DNA from: Occultella glacieicola
GTDB taxonomy: Bacteria; Actinomycetota; Actinomycetes; Actinomycetales; Beutenbergiaceae
Length of the DNA: 64,000 nt
Direction of reading: 5' to 3'
Assembly: GCF_004353825.1 (NCBI RefSeq)
Contig: NZ_SMNA01000003.1
Location: 124,001-188,000 of the forward strand
Within the stretch, counting starts at the first letter, position 1. Each line of letters begins with the position of its first letter. Shown here piece by piece: positions 38,130-47,925 of the stretch. The notes under the pieces are model-generated. The model did no database searches. It was not told the DNA's origin and saw only the letters and a list, made by a program, of their open reading frames with translations. Position numbers and translations under genes: made by a program.

Positions 38130-39971
38130 TCACTCGTCGCGATCGAACGCCGGGCCGATGCCCTGCGCGTACTGGATGTCGTCGTTGCTGACGCCGGAGG
38201 GCACCATCGGCCACACCATCGCGTCGCGGCTGACCACGAAGTCCACGACCACCGGGCGGTCGTCGATCTCCTGGGCCTTGCGGATCGTGGCGTCGACGTC
38301 CTTCGCGTTCTCGCACCGCAGACCGACGCAGCCGTAGGCCTCGGCAAGCTTGACGAAGTCGGGGATCCGGGCCGTCTCGTGCCCGGTGTTCAGGTCCGTG
38401 TTGGAGTAGCGCTGGTCGTAGAACAGCGTCTGCCACTGGCGGACCATCCCGAGCGAGGAGTTGTTGATGATCGCGACCTTGATCGGGATGTCGTCGAGGG
38501 CGCAGGTGGCAAGTTCCTGGTTGGTCATCTGGAAGCAGCCGTCACCGTCGATCGCCCACACCTCCTTCTCCGGTGCCCCGACCTTCGCGCCCATGGCCGC
38601 GGGCACCGCGTAGCCCATGGTGCCCAGGCCACCGGAGTTCAGCCAGGTGCGCGGGTGCTCGTAGCGGATGAACTGCGCGGCCCACATCTGGTGCTGGCCG
38701 ACCCCGGCCGCGTAGATGGTCTCCGGACCGGCGAGCTCACCGAGCCGGGAGATCACGTACTGCGGGGCGAGCAGGCCGTCCGCGGTGGGTGACCAACCGA
38801 GCGGGTAGGTGGTGCGCAGGTCGTCGATCGTGTGCCACCACTCCTCCAGGTCCGGCTTGCCATGCTGCGCCTGCTCCTGGGCGAGCTCGACGGTCAGGTC
38901 GGCGAGGACCTCCTTGAGGTCCCCCACGATCGGAACGTCGGCGAACCGGTTCTTGGAGATCTCAGCCGGGTCGATGTCGGCGTGCACGATCGTGGCACCC
39001 GGGGCGAAGCTGTCCAGCCGGCCGGTGACCCGGTCGTCGAACCGGGCGCCCAGCGCGACCACCAGGTCCGCCCGCTGCAGCGCGGCCACGGCGGGCACGG
39101 AGCCGTGCATACCGGGCATGCCCACGTTCTGCGGGTGCGAGTCCGGCAGCGCCCCCCGGGCCATCAACGTCGTGACCGCGGCGGCGCCGGAGAGGTTCGT
39201 GAGCTCGATCAGTTCCGCCGAGGCGTTCGCGCGGATCACGCCGCCGCCCACGTACAGGACCGGACGGCGGGCGGTCGCGAGCAGCCGCGCCGCCTCCTTG
39301 ATCTGCTTGATGTGCGGCTTGGTGATCGGGTGGTAGCCGGGGATGTCCAGCTCCGCCGGCGGCCAGGTGAATGTCGTGTTCGACTGCATGGCGCTCTTGG
39401 CGATGTCCACCAGCACCGGGCCGGGACGCCCGGTCCGGGCGATGTGGAACGCCTCCGCGATCCGGGCCGGGATCTCGCTGGGATCGGTGACCAGGTAGGA
39501 GTGCTTCGTGATCGGCATGGTGATGCCGACGATGTCCGCCTCCTGGAACGCGTCGGTCCCGATCATGGACGCGCCCACTTGGCCGGTGATGGCCACGATC
39601 GGCACCGAGTCCATGTGGGCGTCGGCGATCGGCGTGACCAGGTTCGTGGCACCGGGACCGGAGGTCGCCATGCAGACGCCGACCTTGCCGGTCGCGGCCG
39701 CGTAGCCGACGGCGGCGTGCCCGGCACCCTGCTCGTGGCGGACCAGGACGTGGCGGATGGAGGAGTCGAAGAGCGGGTCGTAGACGGGGAGGATGGCGCC
39801 GCCCGGGATCCCGAAGATGACGTCCGCGCCGACGGACTCCAGCGACCGGACCACGGACGCGGCTCCGGTCATCTCCTCACCGACGACCACGGGCGTGGCG
39901 TTCGGTGCGGTGGCCAGCGCCGGCTTGGGCGGCTGCGAACGAGGCGGCGTGGGATGCGGCACGTGTGCCAT
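38130..39971 (-). CDS. ilvB: Acetolactate synthase large subunit
   Basis: [38 protein letters not shown]. Confidence 0.96.
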   Translation of the reverse strand: MAHVPHPTPPRSQPPKPALATAPNATPVVVGEEMTGAASVVRSLESVGADVIFGIPGGAILPVYDPLFDSSIRHVLVRHEQGAGHAAVGYAAATGKVGVCMATSGPGATNLVTPIADAHMDSVPIVAITGQVGASMIGTDAFQEADIVGITMPITKHSYLVTDPSEIPARIAEAFHIARTGRPGPVLVDIAKSAMQSNTTFTWPPAELDIPGYHPITKPHIKQIKEAARLLATARRPVLYVGGGVIRANASAELIELTNLSGAAAVTTLMARGALPDSHPQNVGMPGMHGSVPAVAALQRADLVVALGARFDDRVTGRLDSFAPGATIVHADIDPAEISKNRFADVPIVGDLKEVLADLTVELAQEQAQHGKPDLEEWWHTIDDLRTTYPLGWSPTADGLLAPQYVISRLGELAGPETIYAAGVGQHQMWAAQFIRYEHPRTWLNSGGLGTMGYAVPAAMGAKVGAPEKEVWAIDGDGCFQMTNQELATCALDDIPIKVAIINNSSLGMVRQWQTLFYDQRYSNTDLNTGHETARIPDFVKLAEAYGCVGLRCENAKDVDATIRKAQEIDDRPVVVDFVVSRDAMVWPMVPSGVSNDDIQYAQGIGPAFDRDE

Positions 39972-40007
39972 CGCTGCTCCTGTGCTCTCTCTTGCTCGGG
40001 TGGGGGC

Positions 40008-40046
40008 AAACAAAAACCCCTCGGGCCCAGGGGGCGGTCGAGGGGT
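40008..40046 (-). terminator. Attenuator terminator upstream of ilvB
   Basis: ACCCCTCG/CGAGGGGT stem followed by TTTTGTTT on the minus strand. Confidence 0.85.
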
Positions 40047-40070
40047 GCGCGCTCAGTGCAGGATCGTCGA

Positions 40071-40127
40071 TCAGACGGTCGCGTGAGCGCGCCCGGTAAG
40101 TACTACGACGATCGCCGAACTGAACAT
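40071..40127 (-). CDS. ilvB leader peptide MFSSAIVVVLTGRAHATV
   Basis: ATC GTC GTA GTA CTT run including codons rare in a GC-rich genome; TAGTAT -10 seven nt before ATG. Confidence 0.85.
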   Translation of the reverse strand: MFSSAIVVVLTGRAHATV

Positions 40128-40273
40128 GGTCCAGATACTAGACCCGGCTCTCGCGATCCGTCACATCCATTCCGGGCGCGTCTCACATGTTGGGCCACGT
40201 GGCCATATCTTGGACTATTGGACGTCGCTCGGCGTCGACGCCGTCCCTCCCTCGCGGGCTCGGTCCGGGCACC

Positions 40274-40948
40274 TCAGTCCCGGGGCCGGCCGAACGCGGT
40301 GCACACGCACGCCTCGTTGCCCTCGGGGTCCGCGAGCACCCAGAAGGACGGCGCCTGATGCGCGCTGACCAGACGCCCGCCCGCGTCCAGGGTCGCCTGC
40401 ACCCGGGCCTCGGCGGCATCGAGTGGCACCCACACGTCGATGTGGATCCGGTTGCGCTGGGGCCGTGGGGCGTCCATCTGCTGGAACCACACGGCGGGGT
40501 TGCCGTTGACCGGGTCGCCGAGTGCGTCCGGCTGTCCCTCCCAGTCGGGCGGCATGTCGTCGTCGTAACCGAGCACGGCGCGCCAGAACGGCAGCACGGC
40601 CGGGATGTCGAGCGCGTCGATCGCGATCTCCTGGACCGAGACCAGCGCCGGCTCCGGGGCCAGGCCGAGCTCGGCCGCGATCGCGCTGATCGCGCGGGCC
40701 AGGTCGACGTCCTTCTCGGTGATCCCGTCGGCCGAGTGGGTGGTGAGCACCAGCGAGGTCCGGAAGTAGCGCAGGTCCAGGTCCGGGTGGTGGTCCGCAG
40801 CATCCGCGGCCGCACCCACCCGGGTCGCGAACTCGATGCCCTCCGCGAGGGATCCGGTCCGATAGGTCGCGTGCAGAGAACGGATCAGCACCCGCCAGTC
40901 GTCCAGCCCGTCGAGCTCAGCAACATCCTCCGCCGTCAGCGTGTCCAT
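40274..40948 (-). CDS. Pterin-4a-carbinolamine dehydratase domain fused to a VOC/glyoxalase domain
   Basis: DHHPDLDL, LTTH..GIT..D; IAIDA..FWRAVLGY, RIHIDV, LADPEGNE. Confidence 0.88.
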   Translation of the reverse strand: MDTLTAEDVAELDGLDDWRVLIRSLHATYRTGSLAEGIEFATRVGAAADAADHHPDLDLRYFRTSLVLTTHSADGITEKDVDLARAISAIAAELGLAPEPALVSVQEIAIDALDIPAVLPFWRAVLGYDDDMPPDWEGQPDALGDPVNGNPAVWFQQMDAPRPQRNRIHIDVWVPLDAAEARVQATLDAGGRLVSAHQAPSFWVLADPEGNEACVCTAFGRPRD

Positions 40949-41073
40949 GCCCCCAAGGCTGCCACCGCGAGCGGCCGTCGGCGAGGCCAACGCCGGCCGG
41001 CTCACCTGCTGGTCACGGCCGGCCGGGCCCCCAGGCCCACCCGGCCGTGACCACCAGGCGACGAGGCTCCCGG

Positions 41074-42807
41074 TCAGGCGAGCACGGCCCCCTGGGACGC
41101 GGACCCGACGAGCTTGGCGTACTTGGCCAGCACACCGCGCTTGAAGCCGTGCTCCAGGGGCACCCAGCCCTGGCTGCGCGCCTCGAGCTCGGCCGGGTCG
41201 ACGAGGAGATCGAGCGTCTTGTTGGCCACGTCCAGGCGGATCGGGTCGCCGTCGCGCACGAACGCGATCGGGCCGCCGTCGACCGCCTCCGGCGCCACGT
41301 GCCCGACGCACAGCCCGGTGGTGCCGCCGGAGAACCGGCCGTCGGTGAGCAGCAGCACGGTCTTGCCGAGCCCGGCGCCCTTGATCGCCCCGGTGATCGC
41401 GAGCATCTCGCGCATCCCGGGGCCACCCTTGGGGCCCTCGTACCGGATCACCACCACGTCACCGTCGGTGATCGTGCCGTCCTCGAGCGCGTCGAGCGCG
41501 GCCCGCTCCCGCTCGAACACGCGGGCAGTGCCCTCGAACACGTCGTCGTCGAAGCCCGCGGACTTGACCACGGCGCCCTCGGGGGCGAGCGAGCCGCCGA
41601 GGATCGTGATGCCACCGGTGTGGTGGATCGGGTTGTCCAGCGCCCGCAGGATCTTGCCGTCCGGGTCCGGCGGGTCGATGTCCGCGAGGTTCTCCGCGAC
41701 GGTCTTGCCGGTCACCGTGAGCGCGTCGCCGTGGATCAGCCCGGCGTCCAGGAGCGCCTTCATGATCACCGGCACACCGCCGATGCGGTCCACGTCGTAC
41801 ATCACGTAGCGCCCGAACGGCTTGAGGTCGCCCAGGTGCGGGACCTTCGCGGCGATCCGGTCGAAGTCCGCGAGCGTCAGGTCGACCTCGGCCTCGTTCG
41901 CGATCGCGAGCAGGTGCAGCACCGCGTTCGTGGACCCGCCGAACGCCATCACCACGGCGATCGCGTTCTCGAACGCCTTCTTCGTCATGATGTCGCGCGC
42001 GGTGATGCCCTTGCGGAGCATCTCCACGACCGCCTCCCCGGAGAGGTGGGCGAAGTTGTCGCGGCGCCGGTCAGCGGACGGCGGCGCGGCCGAGCCCGGC
42101 AGGGACATGCCCATCGCCTCGGCCACGGAGGCCATCGTGTTCGCGGTGTACATGCCGCCGCAGGCACCCTCGCCGGGACAGATCGCCCGCTCGATGCGGT
42201 CCAGGTCGCCCTCACTCATCAGGCCGCGGGCGCACGCGCCGACCGCCTCGAACGCGTCGATCAGGGTGACGTCCTTCTCGGTGCCGTCCTCGAGCTTCAC
42301 CCAGCCCGGCATGATCGACCCCGCGTAGAGGAACACGCTGGCCAGGTCCAGCCGGGCGGCGGCCATGAGCATGCCCGGCAGCGACTTGTCGCACCCGGCC
42401 AGCAGCACCGACCCGTCCAGCCGCTCCGCCATCATCACGGCTTCGACCGAGTCCGCGATGATGTCGCGCGAGACCAGCGAGAAGTGCATGCCCTCGTGGC
42501 CCATCGAGATCCCGTCGGAGACGGAGATGGTGCCGAACTGCAGCGGGTACCCGCCACCGGAGTGCACGCCCTCCTTCGCGCCCTGGGCGAGCCGGTCCAG
42601 GGACAGGTTGCACGGCGTGATCTCGTTCCAGGAACTGGCGATGCCGATCTGGGGCTTGACCCAGTCGCCGTCACCCATGCCGACGGCGCGCAACATCCCG
42701 CGCGAGGCCGTGGCCTCGATGCCGTCGGTGACCTGGCGGCTGCGTGGCTTGATGTCCGGAGTGCTGGGGGCGCTACCCCCGGGTCCTTCGCTGGTGGGAG
42801 CAGTCAT
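41074..42807 (-). CDS. ilvD: Dihydroxy-acid dehydratase
   Basis: [45 protein letters not shown]. Confidence 0.97.
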   Translation of the reverse strand: MTAPTSEGPGGSAPSTPDIKPRSRQVTDGIEATASRGMLRAVGMGDGDWVKPQIGIASSWNEITPCNLSLDRLAQGAKEGVHSGGGYPLQFGTISVSDGISMGHEGMHFSLVSRDIIADSVEAVMMAERLDGSVLLAGCDKSLPGMLMAAARLDLASVFLYAGSIMPGWVKLEDGTEKDVTLIDAFEAVGACARGLMSEGDLDRIERAICPGEGACGGMYTANTMASVAEAMGMSLPGSAAPPSADRRRDNFAHLSGEAVVEMLRKGITARDIMTKKAFENAIAVVMAFGGSTNAVLHLLAIANEAEVDLTLADFDRIAAKVPHLGDLKPFGRYVMYDVDRIGGVPVIMKALLDAGLIHGDALTVTGKTVAENLADIDPPDPDGKILRALDNPIHHTGGITILGGSLAPEGAVVKSAGFDDDVFEGTARVFERERAALDALEDGTITDGDVVVIRYEGPKGGPGMREMLAITGAIKGAGLGKTVLLLTDGRFSGGTTGLCVGHVAPEAVDGGPIAFVRDGDPIRLDVANKTLDLLVDPAELEARSQGWVPLEHGFKRGVLAKYAKLVGSASQGAVLA

Positions 42808-43020
42808 GCCTCGGATCATAGGACTCCGACGGCGGTGCCGGCGCCGGTGGTCACGTCGCGGACCGTGGTCTGCCGCGCCGGGCCGTTCTCGGCCATGATG
42901 TGCGCAGGGTCACAGGTCGCCGGCTCCGAGCCGGGACCTCAGGCCCGGGTCGGACGGTCGGGTGTGGGACACGATCAGGTCATCCGATCCACCAACCAGC
43001 TCACCACGAGGGGAACTCCC

Positions 43021-43527
43021 ATGAGCACCGACACCACCAGCACCGAAACCACGAGTCCGTCCGCGCCTGCGGGATCGTCGAAGTTCGTCAGGGTCACCGG
43101 ACTGATCCTGCTCATCGCGGGGATCGTCTTCGTCCTCGCCGGGGGCACCACCTGGGGGGTCGTGACCGCCCAGCTGAAGGCCGAGGAGATCACGATCTCC
43201 GACGACGCCCGCTGGTTCGCCGGGGAGCAGGTCGGCGGGCCGTTCACCGCGTTCTCGCAGGCGGACATCATCAACACCCACGCCCTGCACGCCACGGACG
43301 GGCGCACCTACGCCGAGCTCGGCGCCGACATGGCGCAGGTCGAGGAGGGCAGCGCCGAGTACGAGGAGCTGGCCGCCCAGCGGGCGACCGTCATGAACGC
43401 CTCGTTCCTGCGGGCCTCGCTGTTCACGTCCGTCGTCGCCTACGGCGTCGCCGCCCTGGTCGTCGGTCTCGGCGTGCTGCTCGGCCTGTCCGGCATCGCG
43501 TTCCGCAAGCTCGGCACCACCGCCTGA
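43021..43527 (+). CDS. Two-TM actinobacterial membrane protein (family often labelled ring-opening dioxygenase LigA; function doubtful)
   Basis: GPFTAF.QADII.H, TYAEL, MNASFLRASLFTSVVAYG; GAGGGG RBS. Confidence 0.8.
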   Translation: MSTDTTSTETTSPSAPAGSSKFVRVTGLILLIAGIVFVLAGGTTWGVVTAQLKAEEITISDDARWFAGEQVGGPFTAFSQADIINTHALHATDGRTYAELGADMAQVEEGSAEYEELAAQRATVMNASFLRASLFTSVVAYGVAALVVGLGVLLGLSGIAFRKLGTTA

Positions 43528-43541
43528 CCCAACCCCAACCA

Positions 43542-43571
43542 CGGGCGCCGCGCGACCTCGCGCGGCGCCCG
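43542..43571 (+). terminator. 14-bp stem hairpin
   Basis: CGGGCGCCGCGCGA-CC-TCGCGCGGCGCCCG just after the stop codon. Confidence 0.65.
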
Positions 43572-43597
43572 CGGCGCGTCCTGGCTACGATCCTCGG

Positions 43598-44233
43598 GTG
43601 GCCGCGAATCCTGATCCGATCGAGATCGAGACCAGCCACGGCCCGGCTCGGGTGCACTCGCGCCCCACCGCTTCCGACCGGATCGGGGCCCTGATCCTCG
43701 GGCACGGCGCCGGCGGCGGGGTCGGAGCCCCGGACCTGCTCGCGGCGACGTCCGCGGCCCGCGCCGCCGGCCTCGACGTCCACCTGGTCGAGCAGCCGTA
43801 CCGGGTCGCCGGTCGTCGGGCGCCCGCGCCGGCCGCCCAGCTCGACACCGCGTGGCTCGAGGTCCTGGCCCAGCTGCGCCGCGAGTCCCTCGGCGAGGCC
43901 CCGGTCGTGGTCGGTGGCCGCTCCTCCGGTGCGCGGGTCGCCTGCCGAACCGCCGCCGACGGCGGAGCCCGGGCGGTCCTGTGCCTCGCCTTCCCGCTCC
44001 ATCCGCCGGGCCGAGCCGGGGACCCCACCAAGTCCCGGCTCCCCGAGCTGGACGCCGTGAGCGTGCCCGTGCTGATCGTCCAGGGCGAGCGGGACCCGTT
44101 CGGGATGCCGCCGGCCGGCCCCGGCCGGACGATCGTCACCCAGCCCGGCGACCACTCGCTCAAACGCGACCTACCCGGCCTGCGCTCCGCCGTCGGGCAG
44201 TGGCTCGGCGAACTCCTACGGAATGGGACCTAG
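43598..44233 (+). CDS. Alpha/beta hydrolase (KANL3/Tex30-like)
   Basis: GHGAGG, GGRSSGAR, FPLHPPG, QGERDPFG, GDHSL. Confidence 0.88.
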   Translation: MAANPDPIEIETSHGPARVHSRPTASDRIGALILGHGAGGGVGAPDLLAATSAARAAGLDVHLVEQPYRVAGRRAPAPAAQLDTAWLEVLAQLRRESLGEAPVVVGGRSSGARVACRTAADGGARAVLCLAFPLHPPGRAGDPTKSRLPELDAVSVPVLIVQGERDPFGMPPAGPGRTIVTQPGDHSLKRDLPGLRSAVGQWLGELLRNGT

Positions 44234-44361
44234 GCCCCATCAGCCGCGGAATGCCGCGGAAAAAGTGGGGACATTCGCCCCAGGATCACGGGGCCCCGGG
44301 TCGGAAGAATTACTCATGAACGGTCCACCAGATGAGGACCACTTCCCTGGAGGGGAACATC

Positions 44362-44931
44362 ATGAGCAAGACCATCGCGGCCCCGGTCAACGAGGTCCGC
44401 ACGCAGGAGGACATCGTCACCCGGCCGGGCGTGCGCAAGGTCCTCGCCGTCTCCCGGATCGTCATCGGCTTCACGTTCCTGTGGGCCTTCCTCGACAAGG
44501 CCTTCGGCCTGAACTTCTCGACACCGCCGGAGGGCTCCTGGCTCAATGGCGGCACCCCGGCGCAGGGGTACATCATGGGCATCGAGGGCCCGTTCGCCGG
44601 CTTCTTCCAGCTGTTCGCGAACCCGTTCGGTGACGCCCTGTTCATGCTCGGCCTGCTCGGCATCGGGATCGCCATGATCACCGGCGCCGGTCTGCGGATC
44701 GCGGCCGTCGCCGGCACCCTCCTGATGCTGTTCATGTTCCTGGCCGCCCTACCCACCGCGACGGCGATGGTGGACGGCGAACTGATCCGCGGCGCCACCA
44801 ACCCGATCGTGGACTCGCACTGGCACGAGGCACTGCTGCTGATCATCGCGGCCGTCACCCTGGCCGGCGACACCTGGGGCCTCGGGAAGTGGTGGTCGTC
44901 GAAGATCGGCAAGCACACCTGGCTCCGCTGA
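44362..44931 (+). CDS. DoxX family membrane protein
   Basis: FLWAFLDK.FG, NPIVD.H, GDTWGLG.WW; GGAGG RBS. Confidence 0.88.
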   Translation: MSKTIAAPVNEVRTQEDIVTRPGVRKVLAVSRIVIGFTFLWAFLDKAFGLNFSTPPEGSWLNGGTPAQGYIMGIEGPFAGFFQLFANPFGDALFMLGLLGIGIAMITGAGLRIAAVAGTLLMLFMFLAALPTATAMVDGELIRGATNPIVDSHWHEALLLIIAAVTLAGDTWGLGKWWSSKIGKHTWLR

Positions 44932-44932
44932 C

Positions 44933-45057
44933 CCGGACGCGCCGCTCCCGAGGGGAGACCCGGGGCGGCACCTCACACAAATGAAGACGAGCCTCGGCTC
45001 CCCCGTACTGCGGGTCCGCACCTCTCCCCTCGGGTGCGGGCCCGCGACCATGTCCGG
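44933..45057 (+). ncRNA. Candidate structured RNA: two hairpins with complementary loops
   Basis: Stems 44941-48/44962-69 and 45010-22/45033-45; loops CGAGGGGAGA and TCTCCCCTCG are exact complements; closing stem CCGGAC/GTCCGG. Confidence 0.4.
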
Positions 45058-45074
45058 ACGGCCGGTTGGGCCGA

Positions 45075-45926
45075 TCAGGCGCGGCGGACGAGCACGTCCC
45101 CGCTGACGGTCCGCAGCCGCAGGACGACGGCGCCGCCCTCGCCGTCCGGGCCGTCGCCCGGGGCGAGCTCGCTGCGGACGCTGCCCGAGACGGCGCTGCA
45201 GTCCAGCATCGCGGCCGTGCCGTGCGGGACTCCGACGGTGACGTCCCCGGATGCGGCCTTCGCGGTGATCTCCCCGTCGAGGGCGCGCCGGACCACGAGG
45301 TCGCCCGACCCGGTGCGCAGGCCGACGCGCCCGCCGACCTCCTTGATCGTGATGTCGCCGGAGCCGGTGGCTGCGTCGACGTCGTTGCCCTGGTCGACGC
45401 TGACGTCGCCGGAGCCTGTGCGGACCTCGAGGCTGCCGGCGTGCCCGATGTGGAGGTCGCCGGAGCCGCTGACGAGGTGGCCGGAGCCGACGGTGCCGAC
45501 GGTCACGTCGCCGGAGCCGGAGGTGCTGTCCAGGTCCGCGGCGGCCCGGATCTCGACATCGCCCGAACCGGACCTGGCCCGGACCGCGGCGAGCTGACCA
45601 CTGGTGATCACATCACCCGAGCCAGACTCGACGTCGAGGTCGGTGCCGGACGGGACGTCCACCTCGACGCGCAGCCGCGAGGAGCCGCCGAACAGGCGGG
45701 TCCGCATCGAGGGCACCTCGATGCGCAGGTCACCACCCTCGAAGGTGACGCGAGTCGCCTCGGCGAGCGCGCCGCCGTCGGACCCGCGGGCGATCAGCCG
45801 CACCCGGACCAAGCCCGGGACGTCCGCCGCATCCGCGGCATCCGCGGCGGCCAGGATCAGGTCACTGGCCCGGATCTTGGCCTGCACCCGGATCGGGCCG
45901 GTCACGGGGAACTCGTAGTCGGTCAT
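45075..45926 (-). CDS. DUF4097 beta-strand repeat protein
   Basis: Many TGSGDV/SGSGDV repeats; GAGGAG RBS. Confidence 0.9.
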   Translation of the reverse strand: MTDYEFPVTGPIRVQAKIRASDLILAAADAADAADVPGLVRVRLIARGSDGGALAEATRVTFEGGDLRIEVPSMRTRLFGGSSRLRVEVDVPSGTDLDVESGSGDVITSGQLAAVRARSGSGDVEIRAAADLDSTSGSGDVTVGTVGSGHLVSGSGDLHIGHAGSLEVRTGSGDVSVDQGNDVDAATGSGDITIKEVGGRVGLRTGSGDLVVRRALDGEITAKAASGDVTVGVPHGTAAMLDCSAVSGSVRSELAPGDGPDGEGGAVVLRLRTVSGDVLVRRA

Positions 45927-45972
45927 CAGTTCCTGCTCCTCAGGGGCGAGCGCCCACGGACGTGGTGGGCGA

Positions 45973-46119
45973 TCACAGGTTGGTGGTCGGACGGGGCCGG
46001 TTCGCGGTGAACCGGGTGCCGGTACGGGGACGACGGCGGCGGTTCAGCCGCGCGAAGTCCTCCTCGATCGGTCCGCCGATGCGGGTGGCGGCGATGGCGT
46101 CATGGGCGTTGTCGAACAT
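45973..46119 (-). CDS. Small Arg-rich hypothetical protein (48 aa)
   Basis: MFDNAHDAIAATRIGG..RRRRPR; GAGAGGG RBS; fills the gap between two co-oriented genes. Confidence 0.5.
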   Translation of the reverse strand: MFDNAHDAIAATRIGGPIEEDFARLNRRRRPRTGTRFTANRPRPTTNL

Positions 46120-46130
46120 GTCAGACCCTC

Positions 46131-46703
46131 TCAACGGACCCAGCCGGTCATGCGGCGACCGGTCTGGGTGAAGTTCGGTGCGGGCTGGTCCTGGGCCGGT
46201 GCGGCCAGGACCTTCTGGATGGTGCGGACCAGCCAGGAGTTGACGCTCAGGCCCTCGGTCGAGGCGGCGTCGTCGACGCGTGCCTTCAAGCCCTCGGGCA
46301 GCCGCAGCGAGATCCGGGTCGTCGACCCGTCCTCGTCGGCCTCGGGCGGCACGGGTGGCACGGGGGGTGCGGGCGGCCCCGGCGGCACCGGCGGCCACGC
46401 CGCCGTGCCCGGGCCACCCTGGGAGCCGAACGGGTGGGTGGGCTCGGAGTCGGCACCGCGGGGGCGCTGCTCCACGACGATCTCCGGGGCGCCGCCGCGC
46501 AGGCGGACCTCGACGACGTCGCCGTCCAGTCGGAGGGTGACGTCGGCGGCCACGTCGGAGGCGAGCTCCATGAGGCTCAGACGCAGGGCCGGCTCGAGGG
46601 TCTGGGAGAGCCGCTCGGCAGCCTCCTGGACCTCGGGCGATGAGGTGCGGGTGGCGTTGGCGAGCGCCTGCTGCAGCGACGAGAGGTAGGGGTTCAGATC
46701 CAT
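46131..46703 (-). CDS. Ribbon-helix-helix regulator (HicB-like family)
   Basis: TRISLRLPEGLK..V..AA..EGLSVNSWLV; C-terminal GRRMTGWVR. Confidence 0.85.
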   Translation of the reverse strand: MDLNPYLSSLQQALANATRTSSPEVQEAAERLSQTLEPALRLSLMELASDVAADVTLRLDGDVVEVRLRGGAPEIVVEQRPRGADSEPTHPFGSQGGPGTAAWPPVPPGPPAPPVPPVPPEADEDGSTTRISLRLPEGLKARVDDAASTEGLSVNSWLVRTIQKVLAAPAQDQPAPNFTQTGRRMTGWVR

Positions 46704-46798
46704 GACGCCATCATGGCATCACTATGACGTCACGCGCAACCCCGAAATGGCATCACTTTGAAACGCGACGACATCAGGCTGGCTTCAGAGTGACGTCA
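46703..46798. promoter_or_regulatory. Array of seven TGACGTCA-like octamers, probable operator
   Basis: Boxes at 46703, 46714, 46725, 46748, 46769, 46780, 46791. Confidence 0.75.
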
Positions 46799-46836
46799 GG
46801 CGTCTCCGAGGTGCCCGGAATCGGCCGATCCACTCG

Positions 46837-47925
46837 TCACGGGCGGGTCTCCTCGTACCGGGTGCGTGCCTTCGCCAGGTCCTCGTCGGACAGCTCACCC
46901 CAGGCTCGGAGCCGGGCCAGCCCACCATCGGGATAGACGTCCAGGCGCAGGTGCGTGGCCGGGGCCGTGGCGTCGGTGAGGAACCGGTGCCGGGTATCGG
47001 CCTGCACGGCGACCTTGGCGAGGATGTCGGTCCACCGGCCGCTCTCGCCGTCGGGACTGGTGTCGAGGTTCACGCCCGGGGCCAGGTCGGCGACGCTGAG
47101 CCGGACCCACCCGGGCGCGTTGCCGACGTAGTAGCTGGTGTCCACCTCGACGTGCCGGATGGTGCCGCGCTGGGCCAGACTGAAGATGGCGTAGTCGTTG
47201 CCGGGGCCGCGGCGGCGGGCGTTCTCCCATCCCTCCCCCATGTTCCGGGCCCGCCCGGGCAGGATGATCGCCGCCGGCGAGGAGTAGAACGCGTCAGAAG
47301 CGTACGCGAGGCTGCCGCCGTTCTCGGCCGCGGCCAGGTCGATGGTGCCGGTGAGGAAGTCGGGATCCGGGACGGCCTCGCCGTGCACCCGGAACCGGGC
47401 CACGCCGCCGTCGGGGTAGATGGACAGCCGCACGTGCGTCCAGCGGCGGGCCCGGGCCGTGTCCACGGCGTAGTAGTTCGGGGTATCCCCGAGCGCGTCG
47501 CTGCGCGGCACCAGCGTGTGCCAGTCGGCCTCGAGCAGGTCCGCGAGACCCGGGTAACCGTCAAGGGCCACCGCCTCCACCGAGATGAACGGCGGGTAGT
47601 TGCCGCGGAACCACGCGGTGTCGACGACCACGCCGTGCACCACCCCGGGTACGCCGAGGCGCACGATGGCCCAGTCGTTACCCTCGTCGCGGCGGCGGCG
47701 GGTCTCCCAGCCGTCATAGACCTTGCCCTTGTGACCGAAGTCGGCCGGGTCGAATGCGGGGCTGTGCGCGCTGATCAGGTTCTCGCGCTGCGCGAACAAC
47801 TCGTCGTTCGCGGCCACTACCGAGCCCGCGAGCGCGCGGGATGCGAGGTCCGGGTAGCTGAGGAAGTCGGGGACCGAGTCCTCGTTCTCCGTTCCGGTAC
47901 CTCCGAGGGCTGCCTGGGGGTTCAT
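46837..47925 (-). CDS. alc: Allantoicase
   Basis: [18 protein letters not shown], two YPDGG.AR.R repeats. Confidence 0.93.
   Translation of the reverse strand: MNPQAALGGTGTENEDSVPDFLSYPDLASRALAGSVVAANDELFAQRENLISAHSPAFDPADFGHKGKVYDGWETRRRRDEGNDWAIVRLGVPGVVHGVVVDTAWFRGNYPPFISVEAVALDGYPGLADLLEADWHTLVPRSDALGDTPNYYAVDTARARRWTHVRLSIYPDGGVARFRVHGEAVPDPDFLTGTIDLAAAENGGSLAYASDAFYSSPAAIILPGRARNMGEGWENARRRGPGNDYAIFSLAQRGTIRHVEVDTSYYVGNAPGWVRLSVADLAPGVNLDTSPDGESGRWTDILAKVAVQADTRHRFLTDATAPATHLRLDVYPDGGLARLRAWGELSDEDLAKARTRYEETRP

Noticed and set aside
41047..43020. 826-aa plus-strand ORF and similar long shadow ORFs (e.g. 18607-21573, 1082-3187, 50180-52273, 24414-26537)
   Set aside because: Antisense or off-frame to well-supported genes, Arg/Pro/Gly-rich with no motifs; expected in high-GC DNA. 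Only 43021-43527 of this ORF is kept
46131..46703. HicAB toxin-antitoxin system
   Set aside because: No HicA-like ORF adjacent
46703..46798. Plasmid iterons or CRISPR repeats
   Set aside because: Degenerate octamers overlapping a regulator start codon; no rep or cas gene; operator is the simpler reading
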